Shown piece by piece: positions 1-10,125 of a DNA stretch of 64,000 nt. The notes under the pieces were generated by a model that was not told the origin of the DNA, searched no databases, and saw only the letters and a list, made by a program, of their open reading frames with translations. Position 1 is the stretch's first letter. Each line of letters starts with the position of its first letter. Made by a program: the position numbers and the translations under genes. Source of the stretch: Candidatus Nanopelagicales bacterium (lineage in GTDB: Bacteria > Actinomycetota > Actinomycetes > S36-B12 > UBA10799); contig JAWKJM010000007.1 in the NCBI GenBank assembly GCA_041393775.1, positions 3,279-67,278 of the forward strand, in the 5' to 3' direction.

Positions 1-106
1 GCGCGGTCCTGGTCCGGCTGGAGGGCTACCGCACCGTTGAGTTGCCCCTGCCGCTGCCCGATGATGTTCAGGCACCCATCCGTGCGGTGATGGCGGACTG
101 ACACAG

Positions 107-3100
107 ATGAGGGCACCGCGTGGGGGCAAGCAGGCACCGGAGGCAGAACGGATGGCGGTCGTGAACGTCGAAGTACCGGTGATGGTCGGGGCCTCCGGAC
201 TTGCGTGGGCACTGCCGGCCTGCCGAACGATCACCGGCGCCGGCCTGGCACCCGGATCCCTCGTGGAGAGCCCCGCGCTCGATGCCGCCTCGGGTGATGT
301 GGCCTCCCGGACGGCCCGGGCGACCGCACTGAAGCTCGGTCAAGGCCGCCACAATGTCGGCCTTGAAGTGACAGTGGACCCGACCCCGGCGGCGTCCCCC
401 GTCGATGCAGTGGTCGGCGCACGTATGGATGGGTGGGCGCTGGCCGACGAACTGCTGGGCGTCGACCTGACACGGTTGGGTGACGCTGAGCCCCCGGCCG
501 CCTCGGGGCACGCCATCGAGGCGCGGCTGTTCGCGGCCGATGCGTCCGACGGGGCACAGCTGCTGCACCTGCGACCGCCGCAGGGTCCGGGGGTCCGAGT
601 CGTCGAGCGCGCCGAGGTGGGCGCTGCCGTCGGATCGGGCGTCGTCCTGCGCATCGTCGCCCACGGCCATGACCGGACCACCGCGCTGGCCCGACTGCAC
701 CGTGCCCTGACCAGTTGTGCGGTCGTGGTCGCAAACAGCGCAACGAACCGCCCGGCGCTGCTCGCCGCCGTCGCCGCAGAGATAGCGGGCGCTCCTGGGC
801 GCCCGCCAGCGTCCGATCCGGTCGCCGTCCTGGTCGCGGCAGTACGCGCCAGCGACTCCAAGCGCGACACCCAGCGGGCGGCCTTCCACGCGCGTGCCGC
901 ACGGGGCCGTCCGGAACCGGTGGACGCGGCCGGAGTGTCCGCCAACCTCAACTACGACGGCCAGCGGTACGCCCTGCAGGTGTTCCACACCGGGCCGCGC
1001 ACTTACCGCATCGACGCGGGGGACGCCCTGGCCGAGGTGGCCATCGACAGGGTCAACGACTTCGAGTGGACGGTCACGGCCGCGGGCCGCGATCGCCAAG
1101 TCGTGATCACCTCACATGCAACCGGCTGCCTGCTCGAGCTCGACGGGATCGCCCACCGGGTCGACCGCGACGAGGGCACCGCCGTGCGCGCGCAGTGGCC
1201 GGGCCTCATCGTTTCGGTCGCCGTCTCACCAGGACAGGACGTGGCCGAGGGTGATCCCCTCGTCGTCAGCGAGGCGATGAAGATGGAGTCCACGCTGCGG
1301 GCGCCGTTCGCAGGGACGATCACGTCTGTGGAAGTGCTGCCCAATGAGCAGGTGCACTCCGGCGCCCCGCTGGTCTTGATCCGCCCGGCATCGAACGGGG
1401 AGGCGGCGAGTAACGTCGGACCGACCAAAGGCTCGCGGGTCAGCTTTGCCGGCATGGCCCTATCGGACACGTCTGGCCGCCCGCCCTTCGAGCGGGTCTA
1501 CGCCGCCCTCAGTGGCTACCTGCTCGGCTACGAGCTCGACCCTGCGGCACTCTCAGCACTTCTGGACGAGCAGCGTTCGTTCGCCAACCGCACCAGCGCC
1601 GGCGACACCCGGCTGTTGGCGTCCGAGGACGAGTTCCTGGACTTGTTCGCCGACCTGGGCTTGCTCCGGCGGTCCGAGCGGGAGGGCGGTACCCCGTCCG
1701 AGATGGGTGTAACCACACCGCGCGAGCAGCTCCTGAGCTATATCCAGTGGCTGGACGCGGACCGCGCGGGCCTGCCGGTTCAGATGCGTCGCCGCCTGTC
1801 CAAGGTCCTGGCCCACTACGGCGTGTCCGACCTGCGTCGCAACCCGCAACTGGAGCAGGCCGTCGTCCTGCTGTTCGGATCCCAGGAGCGGCGCATGCAA
1901 CTGGCCCGTGTGGTGACCGGCATCCTCGAGCGACGCCTGCGCTACCGCGACCTCATCCTGCCGTTCGTCGACGCCTCGACGCGGACCCGCTACGACCGCC
2001 TGACCGCTTCGACCCATGAGCAACTCGAATACGTGGCCGACCTCGCCCTCGATGCCCGGTTCCGGTTCATCGACGAGCCGGTGGTGGAGGCCGGACGCGC
2101 TCAGACGCAGGCCCGCATGGAGGCACACCTCGACGCCCTTGCCGAGGACCCCAACCGCCCCGAGCGTGCCGAGCGAATCACGGCCCTGGTGGAGGCCCCC
2201 CAGCCCATGCGCCAACTGCTCTTGCGCCGGCGTATGGCTAGCGCCGACAAGGGTCTGCAGGCCACACTCCTGGAGATCCGCGCAAGGCGTTGGTACCGGA
2301 ACCGCCCGATCCGCGACCTGCAGGTCGTGGAGGTGGACGGGATCATGCTCTGCCACGCCGACTACGACTTCGAAGGGCGATCGATCCATCTGGTCCTGGC
2401 CTTCACGCCGCTGCAAGACGTCCGGACGGTGGGCGCGGCCGTCGCCCGCCACTTCGCCGACGTGGCCCCCGGCCGCCATCCGATCGTCGACCTCATGACG
2501 TGGCGGGCTGAGGGCCAGCCGAACGGCGATGACCTCTGCGCAGTGGTCGCCGACATGGTCTGCGACTGGGACGTGGGCCGACCGATCTGGCGCCTCGACG
2601 TGACCGTAACCAGTACTGCGGCCGACGTCGACCCGGAGAACCAGACCCAGTACTTCACGTTCCGCGCTGGTGAGGACGGCACGCTGGCCGAGGACCACTT
2701 CTACCGCAACCTCCACCCGATGCTGGCCAAGCGCCTCGAACTGTGGCGCCTGGGCAATTTCGACCTGACTCGCCTGCCGTCGCTGGAGGACGTGTACCTG
2801 TTCCACGGCGTGGCACGCGACAACCCCAAGGACCATCGCCTGTTCGCCCTGGCCGAGGTCCGCGACATGACCGTCGTTCCGGATCCGCGAGGCGGCGCCC
2901 CGGGCTACCCCAACCTGTGGCGGATGGGCCTCCAGGCGATCATCGCCATGCGCCAGGCCCGGGCCACGTTCCCGGAGACTGGCCGCCCGAAGGCCAACCG
3001 GATCACCCTGTTCGTGCGGCCACCCTGGACCGTGCCCCGGGAACACTGGTCGGACCTCGCCGAGATGATGATCCCGCTTGCTGGCGGCGCCGGCCTGGAG

Positions 3101-4981
3101 TTGGTGGTCCTGCGCACATCGATCCCGCAGCCCGACGGGACCCTGAAGCCCACCGTGCTCAATGTCGATGGCATCATCACTCGGGACATCACGATCTCCG
3201 AGGAGCCCGTCCGCGACGACATCGTGCGCCCGCTGACCCGCTACCGGCAGAAGGTGCTCACCGCGCAGCGGTTCGGGGTGCCCTACCCCTTCGAGATCCT
3301 GCGGATGTTCGCGCCGCGGCCCGGCATCGTGGGCAAGTTCCTTCCGGGGCATTTCGTGGAGCACGACCTTGACGAGACGGGCGAGGTCTTGGTCCCGGTC
3401 ACGCGGGAGCCAGGCCTGAACACCTCCAATCTGGTCGTCGGGTTGCTCACCACCTACACCGTGACCTATCCCGAGGGCATGACTCGGGTGATCCTGCTGT
3501 CCGACCCCACCCGCGGGTTGGGCAACCTCGCCGAGCCGGAGTGCCGGATCGTGAACGCGGCGCTGGCCATGGCCGCCGACATGGGCATACCCGTCGAGTG
3601 GTTCGCGGTCTCCTCCGGTGCCCTGATCTCGATGGAGTCCGGCACGGAGAACATGGACTGGATCGCGCTCACCCTGCGCCGGATCATCGAGTTCACCCAG
3701 GGGGGCGGCGAGATCAACATCGTCGTGACAGGCATCAACGTCGGCGGCCAGCCCTACTGGAACGCCGAGGCCACGATGCTCATGCACACTCGCGGCATCC
3801 TCATCATGACCCCCGGCAGTTCGATGGTGCTCACCGGCAAGCAGGCGCTGGACTTCTCCGGTGGCGTTTCCGCCGACGATAACTTCGGCATCGGCGGCTA
3901 CGAGCGGGTGATGGGGCCCAACGGCCAGGCGCAGTACTGGGCGCCGTCGCTGGCCGACGCCTGTGAGTTGCTGCTGCATCACTACGAGCACACGTACGTC
4001 ATGCCCGGCGAGCGATTCCCGCGCAGGATCCTGACGTCCGACCCGCCCGACCGTGACGTGCGGCCCTTCCCGCATGCTGCGGTCCCGGACTGCGACTTCA
4101 CCGTCGTGGGGGACGTCTTCTCCGCTGAGCACAACCCGGAGCGCAAGAAGCCCTTCGACGTGCGGTCGGTGATGCGGTCGGTGACCGATCAGGACAGCGA
4201 GCCACTGGAGCGCTGGGAGAACTGGCGCGGGGGCGAGAACTCCGTTGTCTGGGATGCCCGCGTCGGCGGGATCAGTGTCTGCATGCTCGGCGTGGAGTCA
4301 CGGCCGATCGCGCGACGCGGGTTCGTGTCCGCCGACGGCCCACTGTCATGGACGTCGGGCACGCTCTTCCCGCAGGCGTCGCGAAAGACCGCCCGGGCGG
4401 TGACCGCCGCGAGCGGCAACCGCCCACTGGTCGTGCTGGCGAACCTGTCGGGCTTCGACGGGTCACCTGAGTCGATGCGGCACTGGCAACTGGAGTACGG
4501 CGCGGAGATCGGCCGGGCGGTGACCAACTTCAAGGGCCCGATCGTGTTCGTCGTGATCTCGCGATACCACGGTGGTGCGTTCGTCGTGTTCTCCAAGGCC
4601 CTGAACCCCCAGATGGAGGTGGCGGCGGTCGAGGGCTCGTATGCGTCGGTGATCGGGGGCGCCCCGGCCGCGGCGACGGTGTTCGCCCGCGAAGTCCGCG
4701 GACGTGTGAACTCCGATCCCCGCGTGGTCGCGGCCAAGAAGCGGCTGGCCGAGTCCTCCGGTGCCGGGGCGACCGAGCGGCGCGCGCGGTTGGCCGAGAT
4801 CACCGAACAGGTGCGCTCGGAGAAGCTCGGCGAGGCCGCGGCCGAGTTCGACGCCGTGCACACGATCGACCGGGCCTTGGCCATGGGCTCGGTGGACCGG
4901 ATCATCCCTGCGGCAGATCTTCGCCCCTACGTCATCGACGCCCTCGAGCGCGGGATGGCCAAGGAGCAGACCCTGGAGTAG
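107..4981 (+). CDS. Large multidomain acyl-CoA carboxylase-like protein: vestigial biotin-carboxylase C-terminal region, biotinyl (BCCP) domain, long central region, fused carboxyltransferase
   Basis: 1624-aa ORF. BC C-terminal motif GHAIEARL lies near nt 506. The biotin attachment motif EAMKMES has its Lys codon at 1280-1282. The C-terminal half reads as a fused carboxyltransferase (GINVGGQPYWNAEATMLMH, ANLSGFDGSPESMRHWQLEYGAEIG). The 5' limit is uncertain because there are in-frame stops at 38-40 and 62-64. Confidence 0.85.
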   Translation: MRAPRGGKQAPEAERMAVVNVEVPVMVGASGLAWALPACRTITGAGLAPGSLVESPALDAASGDVASRTARATALKLGQGRHNVGLEVTVDPTPAASPVDAVVGARMDGWALADELLGVDLTRLGDAEPPAASGHAIEARLFAADASDGAQLLHLRPPQGPGVRVVERAEVGAAVGSGVVLRIVAHGHDRTTALARLHRALTSCAVVVANSATNRPALLAAVAAEIAGAPGRPPASDPVAVLVAAVRASDSKRDTQRAAFHARAARGRPEPVDAAGVSANLNYDGQRYALQVFHTGPRTYRIDAGDALAEVAIDRVNDFEWTVTAAGRDRQVVITSHATGCLLELDGIAHRVDRDEGTAVRAQWPGLIVSVAVSPGQDVAEGDPLVVSEAMKMESTLRAPFAGTITSVEVLPNEQVHSGAPLVLIRPASNGEAASNVGPTKGSRVSFAGMALSDTSGRPPFERVYAALSGYLLGYELDPAALSALLDEQRSFANRTSAGDTRLLASEDEFLDLFADLGLLRRSEREGGTPSEMGVTTPREQLLSYIQWLDADRAGLPVQMRRRLSKVLAHYGVSDLRRNPQLEQAVVLLFGSQERRMQLARVVTGILERRLRYRDLILPFVDASTRTRYDRLTASTHEQLEYVADLALDARFRFIDEPVVEAGRAQTQARMEAHLDALAEDPNRPERAERITALVEAPQPMRQLLLRRRMASADKGLQATLLEIRARRWYRNRPIRDLQVVEVDGIMLCHADYDFEGRSIHLVLAFTPLQDVRTVGAAVARHFADVAPGRHPIVDLMTWRAEGQPNGDDLCAVVADMVCDWDVGRPIWRLDVTVTSTAADVDPENQTQYFTFRAGEDGTLAEDHFYRNLHPMLAKRLELWRLGNFDLTRLPSLEDVYLFHGVARDNPKDHRLFALAEVRDMTVVPDPRGGAPGYPNLWRMGLQAIIAMRQARATFPETGRPKANRITLFVRPPWTVPREHWSDLAEMMIPLAGGAGLELVVLRTSIPQPDGTLKPTVLNVDGIITRDITISEEPVRDDIVRPLTRYRQKVLTAQRFGVPYPFEILRMFAPRPGIVGKFLPGHFVEHDLDETGEVLVPVTREPGLNTSNLVVGLLTTYTVTYPEGMTRVILLSDPTRGLGNLAEPECRIVNAALAMAADMGIPVEWFAVSSGALISMESGTENMDWIALTLRRIIEFTQGGGEINIVVTGINVGGQPYWNAEATMLMHTRGILIMTPGSSMVLTGKQALDFSGGVSADDNFGIGGYERVMGPNGQAQYWAPSLADACELLLHHYEHTYVMPGERFPRRILTSDPPDRDVRPFPHAAVPDCDFTVVGDVFSAEHNPERKKPFDVRSVMRSVTDQDSEPLERWENWRGGENSVVWDARVGGISVCMLGVESRPIARRGFVSADGPLSWTSGTLFPQASRKTARAVTAASGNRPLVVLANLSGFDGSPESMRHWQLEYGAEIGRAVTNFKGPIVFVVISRYHGGAFVVFSKALNPQMEVAAVEGSYASVIGGAPAAATVFAREVRGRVNSDPRVVAAKKRLAESSGAGATERRARLAEITEQVRSEKLGEAAAEFDAVHTIDRALAMGSVDRIIPAADLRPYVIDALERGMAKEQTLE

Positions 4982-5000
4982 TGCGGCACCGGCCGGGGCC

Positions 5001-5753
5001 CTACTCGACCAAGGGCCGACTCACCCACGAGTGGATGGGTTCGGCCTGCGCGAGGTCAGCTGAACCAGGCAGCACCTGCGGCGGCTCCGCCATGCCGGTG
5101 GCCGCCACGACGGTGAGCAGGAAGACGCCATCCCGGCGCCACCATCCCGGGAACCGTCCGGCCCCCGATGCCACGCTCAGGCGCTGCCAGCCCCCGTCGG
5201 CGCCGATGCTCGACGGTTCCTCCAGCACCACCTCGACCGTGCGGGTGTCCGCGCGCAGGCCGGTGCGCAGGACCTTCAGGGCGCTCTCTTTTGCCGACCA
5301 GATCAGGTTCGCTGCCGCATCGTGGCTGTCGGAGCCAGAGAAGGTCGCGACGATGTCGCGCTCAGCGGTCGTCAGAAAATCGCGGACGAACCCGTCGCTG
5401 CGCGGTTCGACGATCTCGAGGTCGACCCCGACGGCAGCGAGGTCCGGCCCAACGAGGCACACCGACCAGCCGGCCCGGTCGGTCAACGAGATGTCCAGAC
5501 CGAGGGTCCGGCCGTCGACCTCCACGTAGGGCGCACCGGTCATCCGGTTGAGGACACCGATACGGCCAAGGTTGACCGGGTCGGCGGGCAGCCCGACCGC
5601 CGCTGCCACCGCGCATTTTCCGGCGTATCGGCGAAGCAGGTACTCGCTGCGGCGCTTGGTGAATCGCATCGCGGAGGCCCGTGCGGCCTCGGTCCCGGTC
5701 AACCATTGCTGATCCTCCGGCACCTGCGACTCGCCGCGAACCAGCCACTGCAT
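5001..5753 (-). CDS. 4'-phosphopantetheinyl transferase, Sfp type
   Basis: These are the last 250 codons of ORF 5001..6074. Motifs GVDLEIV and WSAKESALK are present. I moved the start to the internal Met (MQWLVRGES) because the upstream 107 codons are Pro/Arg/Ser-rich and run into repeat B1. The start is accurate to within a few nt. The gene is convergent with the carboxylase, with a 19-bp gap. Confidence 0.8.
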   Translation of the reverse strand: MQWLVRGESQVPEDQQWLTGTEAARASAMRFTKRRSEYLLRRYAGKCAVAAAVGLPADPVNLGRIGVLNRMTGAPYVEVDGRTLGLDISLTDRAGWSVCLVGPDLAAVGVDLEIVEPRSDGFVRDFLTTAERDIVATFSGSDSHDAAANLIWSAKESALKVLRTGLRADTRTVEVVLEEPSSIGADGGWQRLSVASGAGRFPGWWRRDGVFLLTVVAATGMAEPPQVLPGSADLAQAEPIHSWVSRPLVE

Positions 5754-6057
5754 CTGGTCAGGGTAGCCGACAACCCCGACTTCAGCCGCGGCTCGGTGGT
5801 GAGCTCGGCGCCTGCCGATCGCACTGCTCGACGACACCGGAGGGGATCTACGCGCAGTCGGTGAGCGAGGCGGGACGGGCAGCGAGGGACGGTGTCTTCG
5901 GGGCGTCGCCGGATTCGGACGGATCGCCGCCGGGCAGAAGAAGCCCTGGTCAGAGGAGGTGCCTCTCACCACGGCTGCGTGCGTACGCCGTGGACTCCGC
6001 AGTGGAAGCACCACGTCTAGTGTCTTGCGATGTGGGATGCGCCCGTCCGCCGGACAG

Positions 6058-6084
6058 GCATGCACCTTCGTCACAAAGGCGGTC
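6058..6084. repeat. Family B repeat, B1: isolated single arm
   Basis: GCATGCACCTTCGTCACAAAGGCGGTC. Confidence 0.6.
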
Positions 6085-6140
6085 GGATCTAGGCTGGGCC
6101 TTCAGCACCACCGGGGCTCCAGCGCCCGTCGGCCCAAATG

Positions 6141-6220
6141 GGCGAGGTTAGAGAACGTGCACGAGGTTAGAGAAGCCACGCGTGCGTTCTCTAACCTCGT
6201 GCACGTTCTCTAACCTCGCC
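6141..6220. repeat. Family A repeat, copy A1: minimal 80-bp near-perfect palindrome
   Basis: The arm GGCGAGGTTAGAGAACGTGCACGAGGTTAGAGAA (34 nt) is followed by the centre GCCACGCGTGCG and then the exact reverse complement of the arm. Confidence 0.95.
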
Positions 6221-6361
6221 GCAATGTCACGTTGGAGTCACCCCGGCGGTTTGGCCAGCGGTGCCCCAACCTCGCTCCCGTGGCTCTAATCAACTGCGGC
6301 CGGCGCGAGAGGTCGAGCCTGTTCCCATGGCGTGCCGCCCCGCGTCGGGGAGAATCGGGAC

Positions 6362-7771
6362 ATGGGCGACCCGGCCGCAGTGGTTCCCGATCCGCGACGA
6401 TGGCGCATCCTCGGGGTCACGCTGGTCGTGGGGTTCATGACGCTGCTCGACGTCACGATCGTGAACGTCGCGCTTCCCTCGATCCAGGAAGGCCTGGACG
6501 CCTCCGCCGGCGCGGTGCAGTGGGTGGTGTCGGGGTACGCGCTCACGTTCGGGCTCACGCTGGTGATCGGTGGTCGGCTCGGGGACGTCCTAGGTCGCCG
6601 CCGGATCATGTCGATCGGGCTCATCGGCTTCGTCCTCGGATCGGCCGCGGTCGGATTCGCTCCGACCGCTGAGGTCGCCGTTGCGGCTCGCCTGCTGCAG
6701 GGGGCGGCAGCCGGACTGCTCACGCCGCAGAACTCGGGTCTGATCCAGGAGCTGTTCACCGGCCCGGAAAGGGGCCGTGCCTTCGGCGCCTTCGGTTTCA
6801 TCGTCGGCGTCTCGTCCGCGATCGGGCCCGTCCTGGGTGGTCTGATCATCGCTGCTTTCGGGGCGGAGCACGGTTGGCGCTACATCTTCCTGATCAACGT
6901 GCCGATCGGGTTGGTCGCCCTGTTCTTCATCGTCCGGACGGTCCCTGGCCGCCGGGAGCCGCACAGAGATCAGCCGCTGGACCTCGACATCGGTGGGGCC
7001 GTCCTGCTCGGGCTTGCCGTGCTGGCGCTGCTGTATCCACTGATCGGGACCATCGGGCACTCGGAGTGGGTCTTCCTGCTCTACCTCTTGGTCCCCGTCC
7101 TGGCCTGGGCCTTCATCCGCAGGGAATTCACCGTCGCCGCGCGAGGTGGCGCCCCCTTGCTCGAGGTGGATCTGCTCCGGGGGACCCCGGGGTACGCGAG
7201 CGGACTCACGATCGGGCTCATCTACTTCACGGGCTTCACAGGAATGCTGCTGGTGATCAGTGTCTGCCTGCAGGAGCAGTTCGGGTTGTCACCCTTGACC
7301 GCCGGGCTGCTGGTCACACCATTCGCAGCGGGCTCGGCGGTGGCAGCGCCGGTGGCCGGGCGCATGGTCACAGGTGTCGGACGCCGCCTCACGGTGGGTG
7401 CTCTGACCGTGATGCTGGTCGGCACGGTGTTGCTGCTGATGGTCGTTCCAGCGCCCGGCTCGGCCAGGTGGGTTCCATTTGCCGTCGCGCTTCTCATAGC
7501 TGGTCTGGGTGGTGGGGCGGTGATCTCGCCGAACTTCACGCTCACGCTGGAGAACGTTCCCACCCGGATGGCCGGGGCCGCCGGTGGAGCGCTGCAGACC
7601 GGTCAGCGGATCGGGACTGCCATCGGAACCGCCCTGCTTGCCTCGGTCTACCGTGAGGCGCTGGACCGAGGGGCTTCCGCGCAACTGGCCCTGCGGATCT
7701 CCCTGGTGGTGGCTTTCGTGCTGCTGTCGGCCGCACTGTTCGTGGCGGTCCGTGACTCACGCAGCGACTGA
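6362..7771 (+). CDS. MFS transporter (DHA2/EmrB-like, ~14 TM)
   Basis: The ORF is hydrophobic throughout. N-terminus RRWRILGVTLVVGFMTLLDVTIVNVALPSI and motif GGRLGDVLGRRR are present. Start taken at ATG 6362 (MGDPAAV). Confidence 0.85.
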   Translation: MGDPAAVVPDPRRWRILGVTLVVGFMTLLDVTIVNVALPSIQEGLDASAGAVQWVVSGYALTFGLTLVIGGRLGDVLGRRRIMSIGLIGFVLGSAAVGFAPTAEVAVAARLLQGAAAGLLTPQNSGLIQELFTGPERGRAFGAFGFIVGVSSAIGPVLGGLIIAAFGAEHGWRYIFLINVPIGLVALFFIVRTVPGRREPHRDQPLDLDIGGAVLLGLAVLALLYPLIGTIGHSEWVFLLYLLVPVLAWAFIRREFTVAARGGAPLLEVDLLRGTPGYASGLTIGLIYFTGFTGMLLVISVCLQEQFGLSPLTAGLLVTPFAAGSAVAAPVAGRMVTGVGRRLTVGALTVMLVGTVLLLMVVPAPGSARWVPFAVALLIAGLGGGAVISPNFTLTLENVPTRMAGAAGGALQTGQRIGTAIGTALLASVYREALDRGASAQLALRISLVVAFVLLSAALFVAVRDSRSD

Positions 7772-7859
7772 GGCCGGCACGGGTCACCAGCACCGCCAAT
7801 AAGGGGAGTCCCCGACCATACCGACCTCTGATCGCGGGCTCCTCCGTCTCGGCCGGGGC

Positions 7860-8765
7860 CTACCCATGAACGGTCGGCAATGAACCCGGCCCCCCGGTGG
7901 GTCTCACGCGCGCGTCAGCGGCTGTCGCCGAGATTCGCCGTGTTGGTTCAACCTTGAAGGTCGTGGTTTCCTGGCGAGCCGGCTCTTCCGGCAGCGCCGT
8001 CGGGTGTTGAGATTCGGTGGGTGGCGATGCGAGGGTGCGAGCGACGGCCGCGATTGCACGCGGGTTGCTCGCCAAGCCGTTGTGGGATCCGCTGATCCGG
8101 ATGTGGCCCGCCCCGCGCTGCAAACTGTATCTCCAGTAGACGACCCCGTCGCCGAGCGAGACCACCGATGTCAGCGGAACGGCCGCGGGCAACGGCTCCG
8201 CGAGGGCGGCCTCGACGCGGCTGGCGCAGTCACCGCGCAAGCAGTCGTCGTCGAGCAGATTCGGGGAGTCCCTGCGAGCGAGCGCCTCGGCTATCCGCAG
8301 GACGTGCGTGCTGGCCCCGAACTGGTGGCTCAGCGGACTACCCAGAGTGATCACCTGGCTCACCAGTTCCGGATGGCGGGCGGCGACCAGGCGGGCGAGC
8401 GTGCCTCCCCTGCTGTGCCCGACGATGGCTACCGGTCCGGTCACCGATGCGATGTCGACCAGGCGCCGCTCAAGCAGCTCGATCATCTCGGTCGTGCAGC
8501 CGACGTTGGCGCGGATCCCGCTCGGGAACGTCCGGAACCCAAGCCGGCGCAGGTGCCGGGCCATCGGTCGAAGGGACCAGTCCCCGGCCATGAATCCGGG
8601 GACGAGCAGCACCGGCACGCCCGCCGGCGGTTGCTCGCGTGGCGACGGCGCGGACAGGACCACCCGCCACAAGGCCGCCCACTCGCGCATCGCCAGGAAC
8701 GGGCGCGGCGTCCAAGGGGGCAGGGCGTCGATCGAGCCCGCCGCTTTCGCGGTAGCCGTGTTCAT
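7860..8765 (-). CDS. alpha/beta hydrolase (lipase/esterase-like)
   Basis: 301-aa ORF. Nucleophile elbow VGHSRGG and upstream LLVPGFMAGDWS are present. An AAGGAG SD lies 6 nt upstream of the ATG at 8765. Confidence 0.75.
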   Translation of the reverse strand: MNTATAKAAGSIDALPPWTPRPFLAMREWAALWRVVLSAPSPREQPPAGVPVLLVPGFMAGDWSLRPMARHLRRLGFRTFPSGIRANVGCTTEMIELLERRLVDIASVTGPVAIVGHSRGGTLARLVAARHPELVSQVITLGSPLSHQFGASTHVLRIAEALARRDSPNLLDDDCLRGDCASRVEAALAEPLPAAVPLTSVVSLGDGVVYWRYSLQRGAGHIRISGSHNGLASNPRAIAAVARTLASPPTESQHPTALPEEPARQETTTFKVEPTRRISATAADARVRPTGGPGSLPTVHG

Positions 8766-9042
8766 CGTGGACTCCTTTCCGTGCTCGTGGGTCCAACACG
8801 ATGCACGAACTCTCCCCGCGTACTGCGCAACCCGTCGGTGCGGCGACCGTCGACCGTAGCCGGTGCGCAGACGTTGGTCACTGTACTTCCGTCCCCGGAC
8901 GCGAAGAAGGAGGAGTCGGTATGGTGAGGCCGCGCATTCGGGGTGGGGTTCTTATCTGGAGGTAAGACAAAGCAGGTCGTGCCGCCCACCACGATGTGTG
9001 ATGGGCGGCACGACGCCGGACAACCGGCAGCTTGAACTGCGG

Positions 9043-10125
9043 TCAGGCGGACGGGTCGATGAGGACCTTGGCGTCCGTCGGGTTGGTGCCGAGGCGGGCG
9101 AAGGCATCGGCGACGCCGTCGAATCCGACCCTGCCGGTGATGAGCTCGTTCGCCTGGAGCTCACCGGATGCCAGATGTTGCAGTGTCTCGGCGAACTCCT
9201 GCGGGGAGTAGTAGAGACTGAACCGGATGTCCAGCTCCTTCAGCACCCCGTGTGCCGGCTCGATGGTGTCGGGGTCCAGGTTGATCCCTGCCACCGAGAT
9301 GCGCGAGCCCGCCGGGGCCCCCGCGATCATCTGCTGCAGCAGCCCGGGTGCGCCAGTGCACTCGAAGCCCACCGTCGGACGCAGGGGGAGTTGCCCGAAC
9401 ACCGCCGTTGGAGCGGCCATCCGCGCAGGGTCGTCGGTGGCCGCTGCCTGCATCCAGGCGGCGTACGGCGACTCCACAGCCGGGTCGACGACTACGTCGG
9501 CTCCCATCCGCTTGGCGAAGTCCCGACGCTCCTTCGACAGGTCGGCCGCGACGATCGGGCCGACTCCGCGCATCTTGAGCACGGCGATCACCGCCAGGCC
9601 GATCGGGCCGCAACCCATCACCAGCGGGACGTCGTCCCCCTCGGTGTCCACCCGGTTCACCGAGCGCAGCGCAACGGCCATCGGCTCGGTGAGTGCCGCG
9701 ATGTCGGTCGGCAGTTCGTCCGGAACCGGGATCAGCAGCGCCTCGGACAGAATCATCCGCTCTGCGTAGGCGCCCGGCGTGTCGGTGCCGCCGAAGCCGA
9801 TGAGTACCGGCTGCTGGCGCAGCAGCATCGGCATCGCGACCACGCGGGTGCCGACAGGGATCTGCTGCTGGGTCTCCGGTCCGTAGGACTCGACCTCGGC
9901 CACGTACTCATGTCCGAAGACGATCGGGCTGTTGAGGTCGATCATGTCGACGCCCAGCAGCGCCTGCGAGGCCCTGTTGAAGCCGTCACCGTGGGTGGCG
10001 CAGCTCTTGTCCGAGCCGCAGATGCCCGCGGCCAAAACCTTCACCACGACCTCCCCCGGGCCCGCGACGGGCTCGGGGATCTCCTGGACGCCGAGCGTGC
10101 CGTCCTGGAGGACGACCGCCCTCAC
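9043..10125 (-). CDS. Zn-dependent alcohol dehydrogenase (MDR family)
   Basis: Motifs MRAVVLQDG...PGEVVVKVLAAGICGSD and GHEYVAEV are present. The GTG start overlaps the stop of the upstream cupin gene (GTGA). Confidence 0.85.
   Translation of the reverse strand: MRAVVLQDGTLGVQEIPEPVAGPGEVVVKVLAAGICGSDKSCATHGDGFNRASQALLGVDMIDLNSPIVFGHEYVAEVESYGPETQQQIPVGTRVVAMPMLLRQQPVLIGFGGTDTPGAYAERMILSEALLIPVPDELPTDIAALTEPMAVALRSVNRVDTEGDDVPLVMGCGPIGLAVIAVLKMRGVGPIVAADLSKERRDFAKRMGADVVVDPAVESPYAAWMQAAATDDPARMAAPTAVFGQLPLRPTVGFECTGAPGLLQQMIAGAPAGSRISVAGINLDPDTIEPAHGVLKELDIRFSLYYSPQEFAETLQHLASGELQANELITGRVGFDGVADAFARLGTNPTDAKVLIDPSA

Noticed and set aside
1553-4132. Very long antisense ORFs. Examples: 1553..4132 (-), 859 aa; 31847..33805 (-), 652 aa; 50201..51877 (-), 558 aa; 13333..14661 (-); 16885..18195 (-); 40335..41603 (+); 51829..53073 (-); 28926..30107 (-).
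   Set aside because: They lie opposite genes with clear family motifs. Their translations are Arg/Gly/Pro/His-rich with no recognisable motifs. Such shadow ORFs are expected in high-GC DNA, where stop codons are rare.
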